Shown: piece after piece, positions 44,648-54,621 of the stretch
Numbering within the stretch: position 1 is the stretch's first letter
Layout: the number at the start of each line of letters is the position of its first letter
Assembly (NCBI GenBank): GCA_040386535.1
Contig: JAZKFH010000005.1
Span: 6,058-70,057, forward strand
From: Myxococcota bacterium
GTDB taxonomy: Bacteria > Myxococcota_A > UBA796 > SXON01
DNA: 64,000 nt
Direction of reading: 5' to 3'
Position numbers and translations under genes: made by a program
Notes under the pieces: generated by a model
The model's database searches: none
Seen by the model: the letters and a program-made list of their open reading frames with translations, nothing else
What the model was told of the DNA's origin: nothing

Positions 44648-47086
44648 CTACCGCCGCTCGGCCTCCGGATCCTCGGAGGGCACCTCGCCCACCCCGCCGT
44701 TGGCCGTGGCGGCGTCGTAGGGGTGCAGCGGAGGCAGGACCGTGATGGTGCCCACCTCGTAGCGCTCCCCGCCGCCGTCCATGGCGATGGAGCCGTCCCC
44801 GTAGCGCTCCCAGCCCACCGACACGCGGGCAGGCCCCGGGCGGGCGTCGGGCGGGAGGAACACGCGCAGATCGTCCTCGACCGCGAGGCCGGGGGTCCAC
44901 TGGAAGGTGGGCAGGCGGCCGTCGAGCGGCGGCAGATCGGTCACGACGGGCTCGCCCGCCGTCTCCACACCGGGGCCGTCGAGACGCAGATCCACCCGCC
45001 ACGCCTGCGCGAGCTCCTGGTTCGTGCGCCACCGGCACCGGATCCAGGCGGCCTCGGCCGGGAGCACCTCGGGGGTGAGGATGGTGCAGCCGAGGAGATC
45101 CATCTTGCCGGCCCACGTCGCCACCGCGGGACTGTCGTCCGGGCGTTGCATCGCGTCCAGCCGGCGCGCCTCGAGCGCCTGGTAGCGCCCGTTCACCCGC
45201 GCCCGCCACGACCGCATGTCCGCGCGTGCCGACGCGAGCGCCTCTGCGGGCAGGTCGGCGCGCTTGTCGTCCTTCTCCTTCGGGTCGGTCCCGAGCTCGA
45301 AGTGTTGCATCGGCGAGTCGCGGTAGTGGTCGATGATCTTCTTGTCGCCCGTGCGCCGCGCGAGGCAGCGGTGGGACCGCCAGCACGAGTGGAACAAGGT
45401 GCGGCCCTCCTCCACGGTGTCCAGGAGGCTCGCGCCCGGCAGCCACCCGCCCTCGGCCTTCACGCCGAGCAGGCCGAGCACCGTCGGGACGATGTCGATC
45501 TGCTGCCGCGGCCCCTCGATGACCCCGGTGCCGTCGAGCACGCCGGGCCCGTAGAGCACCATCGGGATCTGCAGCCCCTCCTCGTAGATGACCAGGTCGT
45601 GCATGCTCCGCGCGTGTTCGCCGAACGCCTCGCCGTGGTCCCCAAGGAAGATGAACAACGTGTTGTCGGCGAGCCCGGCCTCCTCGTAGGCGGCGACGAG
45701 CTTGCCGACGAAGTCGTCGACGTAGCGCACGGCGTTGAGGTACTGCACCTGCCGCGCCTTGACGCCCGGGTACAGCTCGTTCTTCCAGTACGTGGGCGTG
45801 CCGTAGTCGTGATGCGAGGTGAGCGTGAGGTAGGCCGCGAAGAACGGCTGGTCGCTCTGCTTGCTCCACCCGACGCCGGGCTCGATCATCGCCCGCTCTT
45901 CGATGCCGAAGTAGTTCACCTCCTCGAAGGGCCCGCCGCGGAGCGTGTCGCGGGAGCGGAACAGGTCGAACCCCATGCGGTGCACGAGCGCGCCGCGGTT
46001 CTCGAAGCCCTCGTCCGCGGTCTGGAAGAACGCGCTGCGGTAGCCGAGCTCGGCGAGGAGCCCCGGGAGGCACCGGTCGGGGAGGCTGCCGGGACCGGCC
46101 TCGCGGATGTCGGAGACGAGCTGGGGCCAGGTGCCGCACATCGTGGTGACGATGGCCTTGGAGGTGTGCGGGACGACCGCGTAGGCGTTGCGGACCCAGC
46201 GCCCCTTCTCGGCCAGCGCCGCGAGGTTGGGCGTGGTCGCGTGGGTGGGGTTGTACACGGAGGTGCTCCGCGCGCCCATCGACTCGAGCAGCACCAGGAC
46301 CACGTTGAACGGCGGCCGCCCGTCCGGCGAACGCACGAGGCGGATGGGCTCGAGCTCTTCGGGCGAGGGCGGGATCGTCTCGTCACCCAGGCGCTCGAGG
46401 CCGTCCCACCAGAGCTGCTCGATGAGGCTCGGTTGCAACAGCCGCAGGTCCTTGCGGGGCCGCGGGCGGCCGTCCATCTCCAGCACGATGACGGGCAGGA
46501 GCAACAGCAGCGCGGTGCGCCCGTAGGAGGGCGGGACGCCCCGTAGCCGCACGAGCGCGGGCGAGAGCCCGAGGAGGACTGCGGCGAAGAGCGCGCCAAG
46601 CTGCCACCACTTCACCTCGGACATGAAGACCGGGGCGACCTGGGCCAGGTCCTTCAACGCGAAGGCGAGCACCTCCACGTCGGCGCGGCCGCCGGTCACG
46701 AAGTAGAACGTCAGCTCGGTGATCGAGAGGACCAGCAGGAAGGTGCCGAACGCGGGCACCCCGAACCGGGCCACGAATTGCACCCGGCGCGGCATGTGAC
46801 GGATGGCGAGCGCGCCGATGAACGCGACGAGGCACCACGCCTCGATCTCGCCGAAGAGCACGCGCCAGAGATCGGTGGGTGTCGACTCGGGCACGAGATC
46901 GTGCGCGATCCAGACGCGCGCGAGCATGAGCGGCAACAGGCCGATGACGCCGGTGAGCACGGCGGGGCCGAGGTCCTCCGCGCGGGGCACCAGGGCATCG
47001 AGGAAGCGGAGGACCCCGCGCAGGGTCCCGCGCGCACGGACGGCGACAAAATGCAGGCGGGAGCGAGGCTCTACGGGTGGGGACAT
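44648..47086 (-). CDS. LTA synthase (LtaS)/sulfatase-family membrane protein
   Basis: About 5 N-terminal TMs; NVVLVLLES, TPNL, VPHTSKA (Thr nucleophile), TSHHDY, Y.NAVRYVD, GDHGE, QIDIVPT. Confidence 0.85.
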   Translation of the reverse strand: MSPPVEPRSRLHFVAVRARGTLRGVLRFLDALVPRAEDLGPAVLTGVIGLLPLMLARVWIAHDLVPESTPTDLWRVLFGEIEAWCLVAFIGALAIRHMPRRVQFVARFGVPAFGTFLLVLSITELTFYFVTGGRADVEVLAFALKDLAQVAPVFMSEVKWWQLGALFAAVLLGLSPALVRLRGVPPSYGRTALLLLLPVIVLEMDGRPRPRKDLRLLQPSLIEQLWWDGLERLGDETIPPSPEELEPIRLVRSPDGRPPFNVVLVLLESMGARSTSVYNPTHATTPNLAALAEKGRWVRNAYAVVPHTSKAIVTTMCGTWPQLVSDIREAGPGSLPDRCLPGLLAELGYRSAFFQTADEGFENRGALVHRMGFDLFRSRDTLRGGPFEEVNYFGIEERAMIEPGVGWSKQSDQPFFAAYLTLTSHHDYGTPTYWKNELYPGVKARQVQYLNAVRYVDDFVGKLVAAYEEAGLADNTLFIFLGDHGEAFGEHARSMHDLVIYEEGLQIPMVLYGPGVLDGTGVIEGPRQQIDIVPTVLGLLGVKAEGGWLPGASLLDTVEEGRTLFHSCWRSHRCLARRTGDKKIIDHYRDSPMQHFELGTDPKEKDDKRADLPAEALASARADMRSWRARVNGRYQALEARRLDAMQRPDDSPAVATWAGKMDLLGCTILTPEVLPAEAAWIRCRWRTNQELAQAWRVDLRLDGPGVETAGEPVVTDLPPLDGRLPTFQWTPGLAVEDDLRVFLPPDARPGPARVSVGWERYGDGSIAMDGGGERYEVGTITVLPPLHPYDAATANGGVGEVPSEDPEAERR

Positions 47087-47109
47087 TCTTGACACGAGAC
47101 TCGAGATAG

Positions 47110-48120
47110 ATGCTCCCCATGCACCTGCTCGTAGGGAACCCCACCGCGCAGTCCGGGAAGAACGCGGAGCGTATCGGTGAAGCGCGAAGGTTGCTCGATC
47201 GTCACGGCGTCGCGCACGACTTCCTCTCGACCACGCCCAACGGAAAAACGGTCGCGGACGTGGCGAAAGCGCTTTCCGGAGATCAATATGCGGCGGTGAT
47301 CGCGATGGGGGGTGACGGCACCTTCGCCGAGGTCGGCCGGGGGCTGCTGAGCAGCGGGCGGCGGGTCCCGATGGCGCTCCTGCCCACCGGCACCGCGAAC
47401 GACCAGGGCCGCTCGTTCGGCATGTACGCCGCCGAGCGGTTCCTCGAGGAGAACGTCCTCACCGTCGCCGCCGGCCACACCGTGCCGCTCGACGCGGGGC
47501 GGGTCACCGCCTACGACTTTCTCGACACCGAGATGGCGACCGACTGGTTCTTCGACAGCCTCGGTTGGGGCATCTCGCCGAAGATCCTGCGCATGCGCAA
47601 CGAGGATCGGCGCCTCGTGTCCGGCATCCCCATCGTGCGCGAGCTTTACCGGGATCAGCTCGTCTACGCCGGCGCGGTCTTGCGCGCGCTGCTCCAGAGC
47701 TACGTCGAGGTGACGAAATTCGAGGTCGAGGTCACCACGCCCGACGGCACGGTGTTCCTGGACGGGCTGACGGATCTCGTGTTGAAGAACACGCGGGTCT
47801 ACGCCGGCTCCTGGGTGTTCGACGAGACCTCGTCGCCCGAGGACGGGGAGATGGAGCTGGTGCCGTTCCGCGGGCGCAACGAGTGGATCGGCCGCGCGGT
47901 CGTCACGCTCGACGGCCTGCCCATCCACGAGCTCGATCCCGCCTTGCCCCCGCTCACCCCGATCATCCGCGCGCCGTGGTTCCGCCTGCGCGTGCTCGAC
48001 CGCCCGGGCGGCGTCGTGGAGGCGCAGATCGACGGCGAGGAGTGGGTGGCGGCGTCGTCCTGGCGCATCGACGTGGAGCGCCACGCGATCGATCTCGTGG
48101 TGCCGCGGCCCCCGGAGTGA
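47110..48120 (+). CDS. Soluble diacylglycerol/lipid kinase family (DAGK_cat, DgkB/YegS-like)
   Basis: NPTA, GGDGT, LPTGTAND, QIDGE. Confidence 0.9.
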   Translation: MLPMHLLVGNPTAQSGKNAERIGEARRLLDRHGVAHDFLSTTPNGKTVADVAKALSGDQYAAVIAMGGDGTFAEVGRGLLSSGRRVPMALLPTGTANDQGRSFGMYAAERFLEENVLTVAAGHTVPLDAGRVTAYDFLDTEMATDWFFDSLGWGISPKILRMRNEDRRLVSGIPIVRELYRDQLVYAGAVLRALLQSYVEVTKFEVEVTTPDGTVFLDGLTDLVLKNTRVYAGSWVFDETSSPEDGEMELVPFRGRNEWIGRAVVTLDGLPIHELDPALPPLTPIIRAPWFRLRVLDRPGGVVEAQIDGEEWVAASSWRIDVERHAIDLVVPRPPE

Positions 48121-49646
48121 GCGCGCTTCCGGTGTGGATCGAGGTCCACGTAGACGACGTAGCGCTCGACGGGGCGCCGTTCTGGCGCGCGGGCGAGCGC
48201 TGGGCGGACACGGCGGCGGCGCTCGACGCGCTGGGCCGGCGCGCGGAGGCCACCGGCGGGCGGCTCTCGTTCCGGGTGCGCGAGACCTTCGCCGAGAGGG
48301 ACCGCGGCGGGTTCCTACGCGGGCTCGTGGCGCGCGGGCACGAGGTGGGCTGGCATGCCCACGGCAAGCGGCTCCGCGCGGCACGGGACGCCGTGGTCAA
48401 GGCGGGTGGCACGGCCACGGTGGCGGCCCCGGGCCTCGTCCAGGTGGGCGCGAAGGGGCGGCGGGCCCTGTTGGAGGAGGCCAAGGCCCTGGGCGCGCGC
48501 GTCGTGACCGATCGGGTGGAGGAGCGCCTGTTCGCCTACCAGGGCTGGCTCGCCGACGAGCCGATCCCGGGGCTGGTGGGGCTCGACGTGTCGGTGTCGC
48601 CGTTCGATTGGGGCGTGCTCGAGCGGCGCGGGCGGAAGGTCGCACCCGGGAGGTTGGACGGCGAGGCGTTGTGGGCGCGGATCGTGGCCGCGTCGAAGCG
48701 CACGCCGCCGCCGGGCGCGTTGGCGTTCTTCGGCGCCACCTTCCACGAGCACGACGTCATGGGCCTCGACGGGCTCCGCGCGCTGGACCAGCTGTCGCGC
48801 GTGTTCGAGCGCCTCGGCACGCGGCTGCGGACGAGCGGGGCGATCGCGGGGGGCTACCGCGCTCAGGCAGAGGCGCCCGCGCGCCTGGGGCGGCTGGACC
48901 GCCTCCTCGGGGCCGCCCATCGGCTCGGCCTCCGCTACGAGCAGCGCCTGGGCCCCGCGCCGGAGACCCGCACCGTCGCCATCGGCGGGCGCTCGGTCAC
49001 GGCGCGGCGGGTGGGCCCGTCCGATCCGCGGGCGGTGCTCGTGCTCGTGCATGGCGGCGGCAGCGGGGTCGACCAGGGGCTCGCCCCCTTCGGCTTCGCG
49101 GAGGCCGCGCTGGCCGAGGCCGGGCTCGCCGCGTGGAGCTTCGCGCGGAGCGAGGGCGTGCGCCCCCCGGGGGACGCCGGCACGGTCGCGGAGACGAGGG
49201 CCGTGCTCGCGGCGGCGCTCGCGGAAGGCCATCCGGTGGGCCTCCTCACGTGGTCCGCGGGCGTGGTGCCGGCGCTGCGGGCGGCGCTCGACCTCGGCGA
49301 TCCGCGCATCGTCCTGCTCGCGGACGCCGAGGGCCCCGCGGACCGCTTCTCCCTGGTGCCGCCGGGCCAGCCGGACCACGCGCTGGCTCGCCTGGACCCA
49401 TGGGACGATCGCGTGTGGGCGGGTCGCGAGGCGGTCGAGCTCGTGAGCGCCTTCCCAGGCCGGTACCTGCGTCTCCAGGCCGAGGACGACCACGTGCACG
49501 GCCGCATGGCATGGCACGCCCGCCGCATGGTGGCCGCGGCTCGCGACGGCCACCTGAACGGCGACGGCACCCTGCTCTCCGGCCGCCTGGACGCGCACGG
49601 GGACGCGATCCTGGGCTGGATCGCGGCGGGGATCCCGACGGGGTGA
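48117..49646 (+). CDS. Polysaccharide-deacetylase-like barrel fused to alpha/beta hydrolase
   Basis: GTG 48117 overlaps upstream stop; EVHVDD, GHEVGWHAH, TFHEHD; then VHGGG, TWSAG nucleophile elbow, EDDHVH. Confidence 0.65.
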   Translation: MSALPVWIEVHVDDVALDGAPFWRAGERWADTAAALDALGRRAEATGGRLSFRVRETFAERDRGGFLRGLVARGHEVGWHAHGKRLRAARDAVVKAGGTATVAAPGLVQVGAKGRRALLEEAKALGARVVTDRVEERLFAYQGWLADEPIPGLVGLDVSVSPFDWGVLERRGRKVAPGRLDGEALWARIVAASKRTPPPGALAFFGATFHEHDVMGLDGLRALDQLSRVFERLGTRLRTSGAIAGGYRAQAEAPARLGRLDRLLGAAHRLGLRYEQRLGPAPETRTVAIGGRSVTARRVGPSDPRAVLVLVHGGGSGVDQGLAPFGFAEAALAEAGLAAWSFARSEGVRPPGDAGTVAETRAVLAAALAEGHPVGLLTWSAGVVPALRAALDLGDPRIVLLADAEGPADRFSLVPPGQPDHALARLDPWDDRVWAGREAVELVSAFPGRYLRLQAEDDHVHGRMAWHARRMVAAARDGHLNGDGTLLSGRLDAHGDAILGWIAAGIPTG

Positions 49647-49670
49647 CGCCCCCGGGCGCCGGGAGGGAGG

Positions 49671-50986
49671 GGGGTCAGGACCAGCGGAACCTCACTACTT
49701 TCTCGGCAAAATCAGGTAGTTGGCGGGCTGGCGCCACCGGCCGGGGTCAGGACCAGCGGAACCTCGTTCCACCGCCGGCGCCTGTTACCCCGCCCCCCGT
49801 GCACCCCCGACTTGCGTCAGCCCCCTGCCGACGGCGTAGACTCTCACGACGCAGGAGCACCAATTGGCCCGCTCTCCCCGCCTCGACTACCCGGGCGCCC
49901 GCCACCACGTGATGAACCGCGGCGCCCGCCGCGCGCCCATCTTCGTCGACGCCGCCACCGGCGCCCTGTTCCTCTCCGTGCTCGCGGAGCTCCCGACGCG
50001 TTTCGGCATCCTCGTGCACGCCTACACGCTGATGCCGAACCACTACCACCTCCTCTTGGAGTCGCCGCGGGGCAACCTCAGCGATGCCATGCGCTTTCTG
50101 GGCGCGGAGTACGTGGGTGCCCTGAACCGGCGCGCTGGGTGGGACGGCCCCGTCTTCCGCGGGCGCTTCCGGAACCGGGTGGTGGAGAACGACGACTACT
50201 GGCGGCACCTCCTCGTCTACCTGCACCTCAACCCGCTGCGCGCGTTCCTCGCGACTGATCCCAGCGACGCGCCCTGGTCGAGCCACGGCGCCTACATCGG
50301 TACGTCCGTCGCGCCGCCGTGGTTGACCACGAGCGACCTGCTCGACCTGTTCGGGGGCGCCGAGCGCTACCTGGAGGCGTTCGAGGCCGAACGGATGGGG
50401 CGGCGTACCGCGCCGGCAGACTTCGCGCCCGACACGCTCTGGCGCGCCCGCCCCTCCGCGCGGCTCCCGGCGATGGCGACAACCCCGCAGGTCGCGCTCG
50501 ACACGGCCGCCGAGCTCCAGCGGATCGCGGACGCATGCGAGGTGCCGCTCGCCACCTTGCGGCAGACCCGACGAGGCCCGCTCGCCTCCCGCGCCCGGTG
50601 GGTCGCGGCCTGGTGGCTGGTCACGACCCACGGCCTTCGCCAACGCGACGTGGCGGCGCTCCTCGGCACTTCCGACACCCAGGTTGGGCGGTGGGTCACG
50701 CGTGTCCCGGGCGAACACTTCGTGGATCCGGCGATGGCCACGTGGATGACAGCGTTGAACGCGAAGGTAGCGCCGCTGCCGCGCTGAACCGCTGCCCGCG
50801 CTGCATCGCCACGGTGAGGTGCACGCGGCGCCGGCGGCAGTGTCTCCCCGAGCTCCGCACCGGCGCGCCCCGCCCCCGCCGCTGGGGGTTTGAGGTTCCG
50901 CTGGTCCTGACCCCGGGCGACAACGCGAGATCGCCAAATGCGTGTAACAACACGAGAATGATTGGGGTTCCGCAGGACCTGACCCC
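49671..50986. mobile_element. RAYT/TnpA(Y1) unit bounded by paired 23-bp repeats in inverted orientation
   Basis: ggggtcaggaccagcggaacctc at 49671-49693 and 49743-49765; exact reverse complement at 50892-50914; 20/23 copy at 50964-50986. Confidence 0.75.
49864..50787 (+). CDS. REP-associated tyrosine transposase (HUH, Y1) with C-terminal HTH
   Basis: MARSPR, HHVMNRG, AYTLMPNHYHLL (HUH), GPVFRGRF, YLHLNP, PWSS; C-terminal GLRQRDVAALLGTSDTQV; AGGAG RBS with TTG start. Confidence 0.92.
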   Translation: MARSPRLDYPGARHHVMNRGARRAPIFVDAATGALFLSVLAELPTRFGILVHAYTLMPNHYHLLLESPRGNLSDAMRFLGAEYVGALNRRAGWDGPVFRGRFRNRVVENDDYWRHLLVYLHLNPLRAFLATDPSDAPWSSHGAYIGTSVAPPWLTTSDLLDLFGGAERYLEAFEAERMGRRTAPADFAPDTLWRARPSARLPAMATTPQVALDTAAELQRIADACEVPLATLRQTRRGPLASRARWVAAWWLVTTHGLRQRDVAALLGTSDTQVGRWVTRVPGEHFVDPAMATWMTALNAKVAPLPR

Positions 50987-51021
50987 TCCCCAGTCCCCCT
51001 CTCCAGGTTAGCCGAGCCCCC

Positions 51022-51921
51022 ATGCCGATCGTCGATCTCCCCGAGGCCACCCGGCTGCTCCGCGAGGGGCGGCTGGTGGGCGTGCCGACGGAGACCGTGT
51101 ACGGCCTGGCCGCCAACGCCCTCGACGCCGGCGCGGTCGCCGCGATCTTCACGGCCAAGGGGCGGCCCGCCGACCACCCGCTCATCGTCCACACCCTCGA
51201 CGATCCCGATGCCCACGGCTTCGCCGACGATCGCGCCCGCGCCCTCGCCGCCCTGTTCTGGCCCGGCCCGCTCACCCTGGTCCTGCCGAAGCGCCCCCAC
51301 GTGCCGGACGCCGTGACCGGCGGCCACCCCACCGTCGCCGTCCGCTCGCCCGCCCACCCCGTCGCCCGTGCGCTCCTCGGCCTCTCGGGCCTCCCCTTCG
51401 CGGCCCCGAGCGCCAACCGCTTCGGCGATCTGTCGCCCACCACCGCCGAGCACGTGCTCGCCGCCTTCCCCGCGCTCCCCGTGCTCGACGGCGGCCGTTG
51501 CGCCGTGGGCGTGGAGAGCACCATCGTGGACCTCACGGGTCCGGTCGCCGCGCTTCTACGCCCCGGGGGCGTGCCCGTCGAGGCGATCGAGGCGCTGCTG
51601 GGGCCCCTCGCACGCACGAGCCGCACCGCCGCGCCGGGCACCCTCACCGCCCACTACGCGCCCCGCGCCGCGCTCGTCGCCACCGCCGAGCCCGACGCCG
51701 AGGCCGCGCGCCACCGGGCCCTGGGCCGCCGGGTGGAGATCCTGCGTGCGTTGCCCTCCGAACGGTACGCCCACGCGCTGTACGACGCGCTGCGGGCCCT
51801 CGACGCGCGTGGCGCGGACGTGATCGTGGCAGAGTGGGCCGAACCCGGTGGCCTCGGGGACGCGGTGAACGACCGCCTCCGGCGGGCCGCCGCGACCAAG
51901 GAACCTCATGGGACTGCGTGA
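51022..51921 (+). CDS. sua5: L-threonylcarbamoyladenylate synthase (Sua5/TsaC2)
   Basis: PTETVYGL, KGRPADHPLIVH, WPGPLT, AAPSAN, GVESTIVD, APG..HYAP, SUA5 tail. Confidence 0.95.
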   Translation: MPIVDLPEATRLLREGRLVGVPTETVYGLAANALDAGAVAAIFTAKGRPADHPLIVHTLDDPDAHGFADDRARALAALFWPGPLTLVLPKRPHVPDAVTGGHPTVAVRSPAHPVARALLGLSGLPFAAPSANRFGDLSPTTAEHVLAAFPALPVLDGGRCAVGVESTIVDLTGPVAALLRPGGVPVEAIEALLGPLARTSRTAAPGTLTAHYAPRAALVATAEPDAEAARHRALGRRVEILRALPSERYAHALYDALRALDARGADVIVAEWAEPGGLGDAVNDRLRRAAATKEPHGTA

Positions 51922-52396
51922 TCGCCTCAAGGACGCCCTCGGCCTGGGCGGAAAGACCCACCTCCAGGAAGGCGGGGCCGCCCCCGAGCTCGGCGTCGCC
52001 GACGCGACCGGCAAGGTGTGGCACATCAACGATCTGCGCGGTCGCACCGCGGTCGTCTACTTCTACCCGAAGGACGACACGCCGGGCTGCACCAAGGAGG
52101 CGTGCTCGTTCCGCGACCACGCCCTCCAGATGGGCGAGTCCGTGGTCCTCGGCGTGAGCGGCGATGCCCCCGAGAGCCACCGCGCATTCGCGCAGAAGTT
52201 CAACCTGGGCTTCCCGCTCCTCGCCGACACCACCGGCGAGCTGACGAAGCGTTGGGGCGTGCGCGGCGCGATGGGCGTGCCCCGTCGCGTCACGTTCGTG
52301 CTCGACCGCGAGGGGCGGATCGCCCGCATCTTCGAGCCCGTCAAGGTCGACGGGCACACGGCCGAGGTGCTCGCCGCCCTGCGCGAGCTGCCGTAG
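51908..52396 (+). CDS. bcp: Peroxiredoxin (Bcp/PrxQ)
   Basis: YFYPKDDTPGCTKEACSFRD. Confidence 0.93.
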   Translation: MGLRDRLKDALGLGGKTHLQEGGAAPELGVADATGKVWHINDLRGRTAVVYFYPKDDTPGCTKEACSFRDHALQMGESVVLGVSGDAPESHRAFAQKFNLGFPLLADTTGELTKRWGVRGAMGVPRRVTFVLDREGRIARIFEPVKVDGHTAEVLAALRELP

Positions 52397-52432
52397 CCGC
52401 CGGCGCCGCGGCCCCGCGGCGCCGACCGTCCC

Positions 52433-54433
52433 CTAAGCGAGCACCAGGTTGTTCAGCACGGCGACAAGCACGCCCATGATGGACACGCCGGCGATGACGC
52501 CCGCGGAGACCGGCACGAGGTAGTCCTCGGCCTGCTTCTCGTTGCTCCGGGTCCAGAAGTACGCGATCAGCGCGCCGATGAGCATGGCGAACGGGTACTG
52601 GAACGGCAGGATGAGCCCGAGGCCGAGGCCGGTCGCGCTCGGGAGGTACTTCCGCGCCTTCGGCAGGAAGGTCTCCATCAGGAGCACGATCGCGCCGATG
52701 AGGAGGCCCGCCACGATCGCCTGCTGGTGCATGGGATGCATGTTCTCGAGGCCGGTCTTGAACACCTCGGCCACCGCCTTCCACGCCTGCGCGGCGGGCG
52801 CCGGGAACTTCGGCGCGGAGCCGTCGGTCCCGCCGTTGAGCACGGAGGCGTCCGGCACGAGGAGGTAGAAGCCCATGACCGTGGCGGCGGTGCCGGAGAA
52901 GATCCCGGCGAACTGCGCGAGGAACTGGCGGCGGGGGTTCGCGCCGAGGAGGTAGCCGCTCTTCAGGTCGTTGAGCAGGTCGGCGGCCGAGCCCGCCGCG
53001 CTCGCGGTGATGCTCGCGGTCATCAGGTTCGCGGTCATGCTCTGCGGGATGAGCACGCCGTACGTGAGCTGCATGATCTTGCCCATCGCGCCGACCGGCG
53101 TGATGTCGCTCTCGCCGGTGGCGCGGCACGCCACGAGCGCGAGGAGGAAGGTCATGCCGACGGCGAGCACGCCGTAGAACCAGGGCACGTCGAAGTAGGC
53201 ATGCGCGGTGGTGACGACGCCGGCGCCGGAGAGGAGCCCGCCGATCGCGAACCAGGAGAACGGCACCTCGGTCCGCGCCACGAGCGCCTCGGTCTCGGAG
53301 TCCTGGCCGGTCCCGGCCTTCCGCCGGAAGCCCGAGAACGCGCGCACGATCGTCTTCCACTGGAGCGCGAAGCCGAGCAGGCCCGAGCTGACCATGATGG
53401 GGACGCCGAGCCAGAGGCCGATCTCCTTCCACGCCTTGTAGGGCGCCGTGGCGGCGCGGATGTTCGCGCCCGTGACCGGGCTCAGCCACTCCGTGTCGTA
53501 GGCCACGGGCCCGACGACGAAGATGAGGGCGAGGCTCCCGAGCAACATCCAGATGCTGACGCGCAGGCCGACGATGGCGCCCGCGGCGATCATGACCGGG
53601 TTGCTGTCGAACACCATCGTCCAGTCGGACGGCTTGAAGTTCTCGACCTTGCCGTCGACCACGTGCGAGCCCCGCGCGGGGAGCCAGTCGAAGATGGGCA
53701 CGTCCGCGGGGAGGAGCGGCGCGCGGCCTTCCGCCGTCTTCTTGAGCGGGAGCTCGAGCAACAACGGGAACACCGCCCCGAAGATCGCCGACCACATGAG
53801 CACGCGGGCCTTCTTGATGGCCTGATCGCCCTCGCTGTAGAGCGAGTGCAACGTGACCGCCGCGGCCGTGCCCGACGGGAACTTCAACCGCTCGTGGTTG
53901 ATGAGGTTCCGCTTCATCGGGATGGCGAGGACCGTCCCGAGCACCGCGAGGAAGAACGTCCAGGACACCAGCACCGGCCAGGGGAGGTGCGCGCCGTACG
54001 GGTTGTCGGTGGTCGCCGAGAGCATCAGCAGCGCCGCGATGGCCGACACCATGGTGCCGCCCGTCGCGTAGCCGGCGGACGACGCGGTCGACTGCATGCA
54101 GTTGGTCTCGAGGATCGTCATCGGCGTCTTGGCGATGCCGACCTTCAACAGGATGTTCCAGATCGCGTACGACAGGATGCACGCCGTGATCGCGACGCCG
54201 AGCCCCCACCCGGTCTTCAGGCCGATGTAGAGGTTGGTGAACGCGAGGAAGAACCCCAGGAACGACCCCATCGCCACCGCGCGGATCGTGAGCTGGGGGA
54301 CCGACTCGCCGCGGTAGATCTTGGCGTACCAGGTCGCCTCGTCCATCTCGAGGACCTGGTCCGGCGGGATGGAGAGGGGGCGCGCGGCGTCGACCTCTTC
54401 TTGGGTCTTCGGGGCGGATTGAAGAGGGGACAT
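52433..54433 (-). CDS. OPT/YSL family oligopeptide transporter
   Basis: QLTIRA, NLYIGLKTGW, LETNCMQSTASS, LKFPSGTA, DLKSGYLLGANPRRQ, FPAPAA. Confidence 0.92.
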   Translation of the reverse strand: MSPLQSAPKTQEEVDAARPLSIPPDQVLEMDEATWYAKIYRGESVPQLTIRAVAMGSFLGFFLAFTNLYIGLKTGWGLGVAITACILSYAIWNILLKVGIAKTPMTILETNCMQSTASSAGYATGGTMVSAIAALLMLSATTDNPYGAHLPWPVLVSWTFFLAVLGTVLAIPMKRNLINHERLKFPSGTAAAVTLHSLYSEGDQAIKKARVLMWSAIFGAVFPLLLELPLKKTAEGRAPLLPADVPIFDWLPARGSHVVDGKVENFKPSDWTMVFDSNPVMIAAGAIVGLRVSIWMLLGSLALIFVVGPVAYDTEWLSPVTGANIRAATAPYKAWKEIGLWLGVPIMVSSGLLGFALQWKTIVRAFSGFRRKAGTGQDSETEALVARTEVPFSWFAIGGLLSGAGVVTTAHAYFDVPWFYGVLAVGMTFLLALVACRATGESDITPVGAMGKIMQLTYGVLIPQSMTANLMTASITASAAGSAADLLNDLKSGYLLGANPRRQFLAQFAGIFSGTAATVMGFYLLVPDASVLNGGTDGSAPKFPAPAAQAWKAVAEVFKTGLENMHPMHQQAIVAGLLIGAIVLLMETFLPKARKYLPSATGLGLGLILPFQYPFAMLIGALIAYFWTRSNEKQAEDYLVPVSAGVIAGVSIMGVLVAVLNNLVLA

Positions 54434-54621
54434 CGCGGCGCTCCGGACAGGGGCCGGGAGCGTAACTCAGGTGCGCGCGTCACCCCGGCGTGACCTCCCC
54501 GAAACCCGCGCGCCGCCGCGCTCAGCGGCCTCCACAGAACGCACAACGCCCGCCGCACGATTCGTGCGACGGGCGGTGTGATGGGGTCCGTGGGGGCGAG
54601 CCCCGCGGGTCCGCGGGAGGC

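Noticed and set aside
49671..49765. RAYT end repeats as a true CRISPR array
   Set aside because: Only two repeats per side, inverted across a transposase, and no cas genes; reported as element ends instead.
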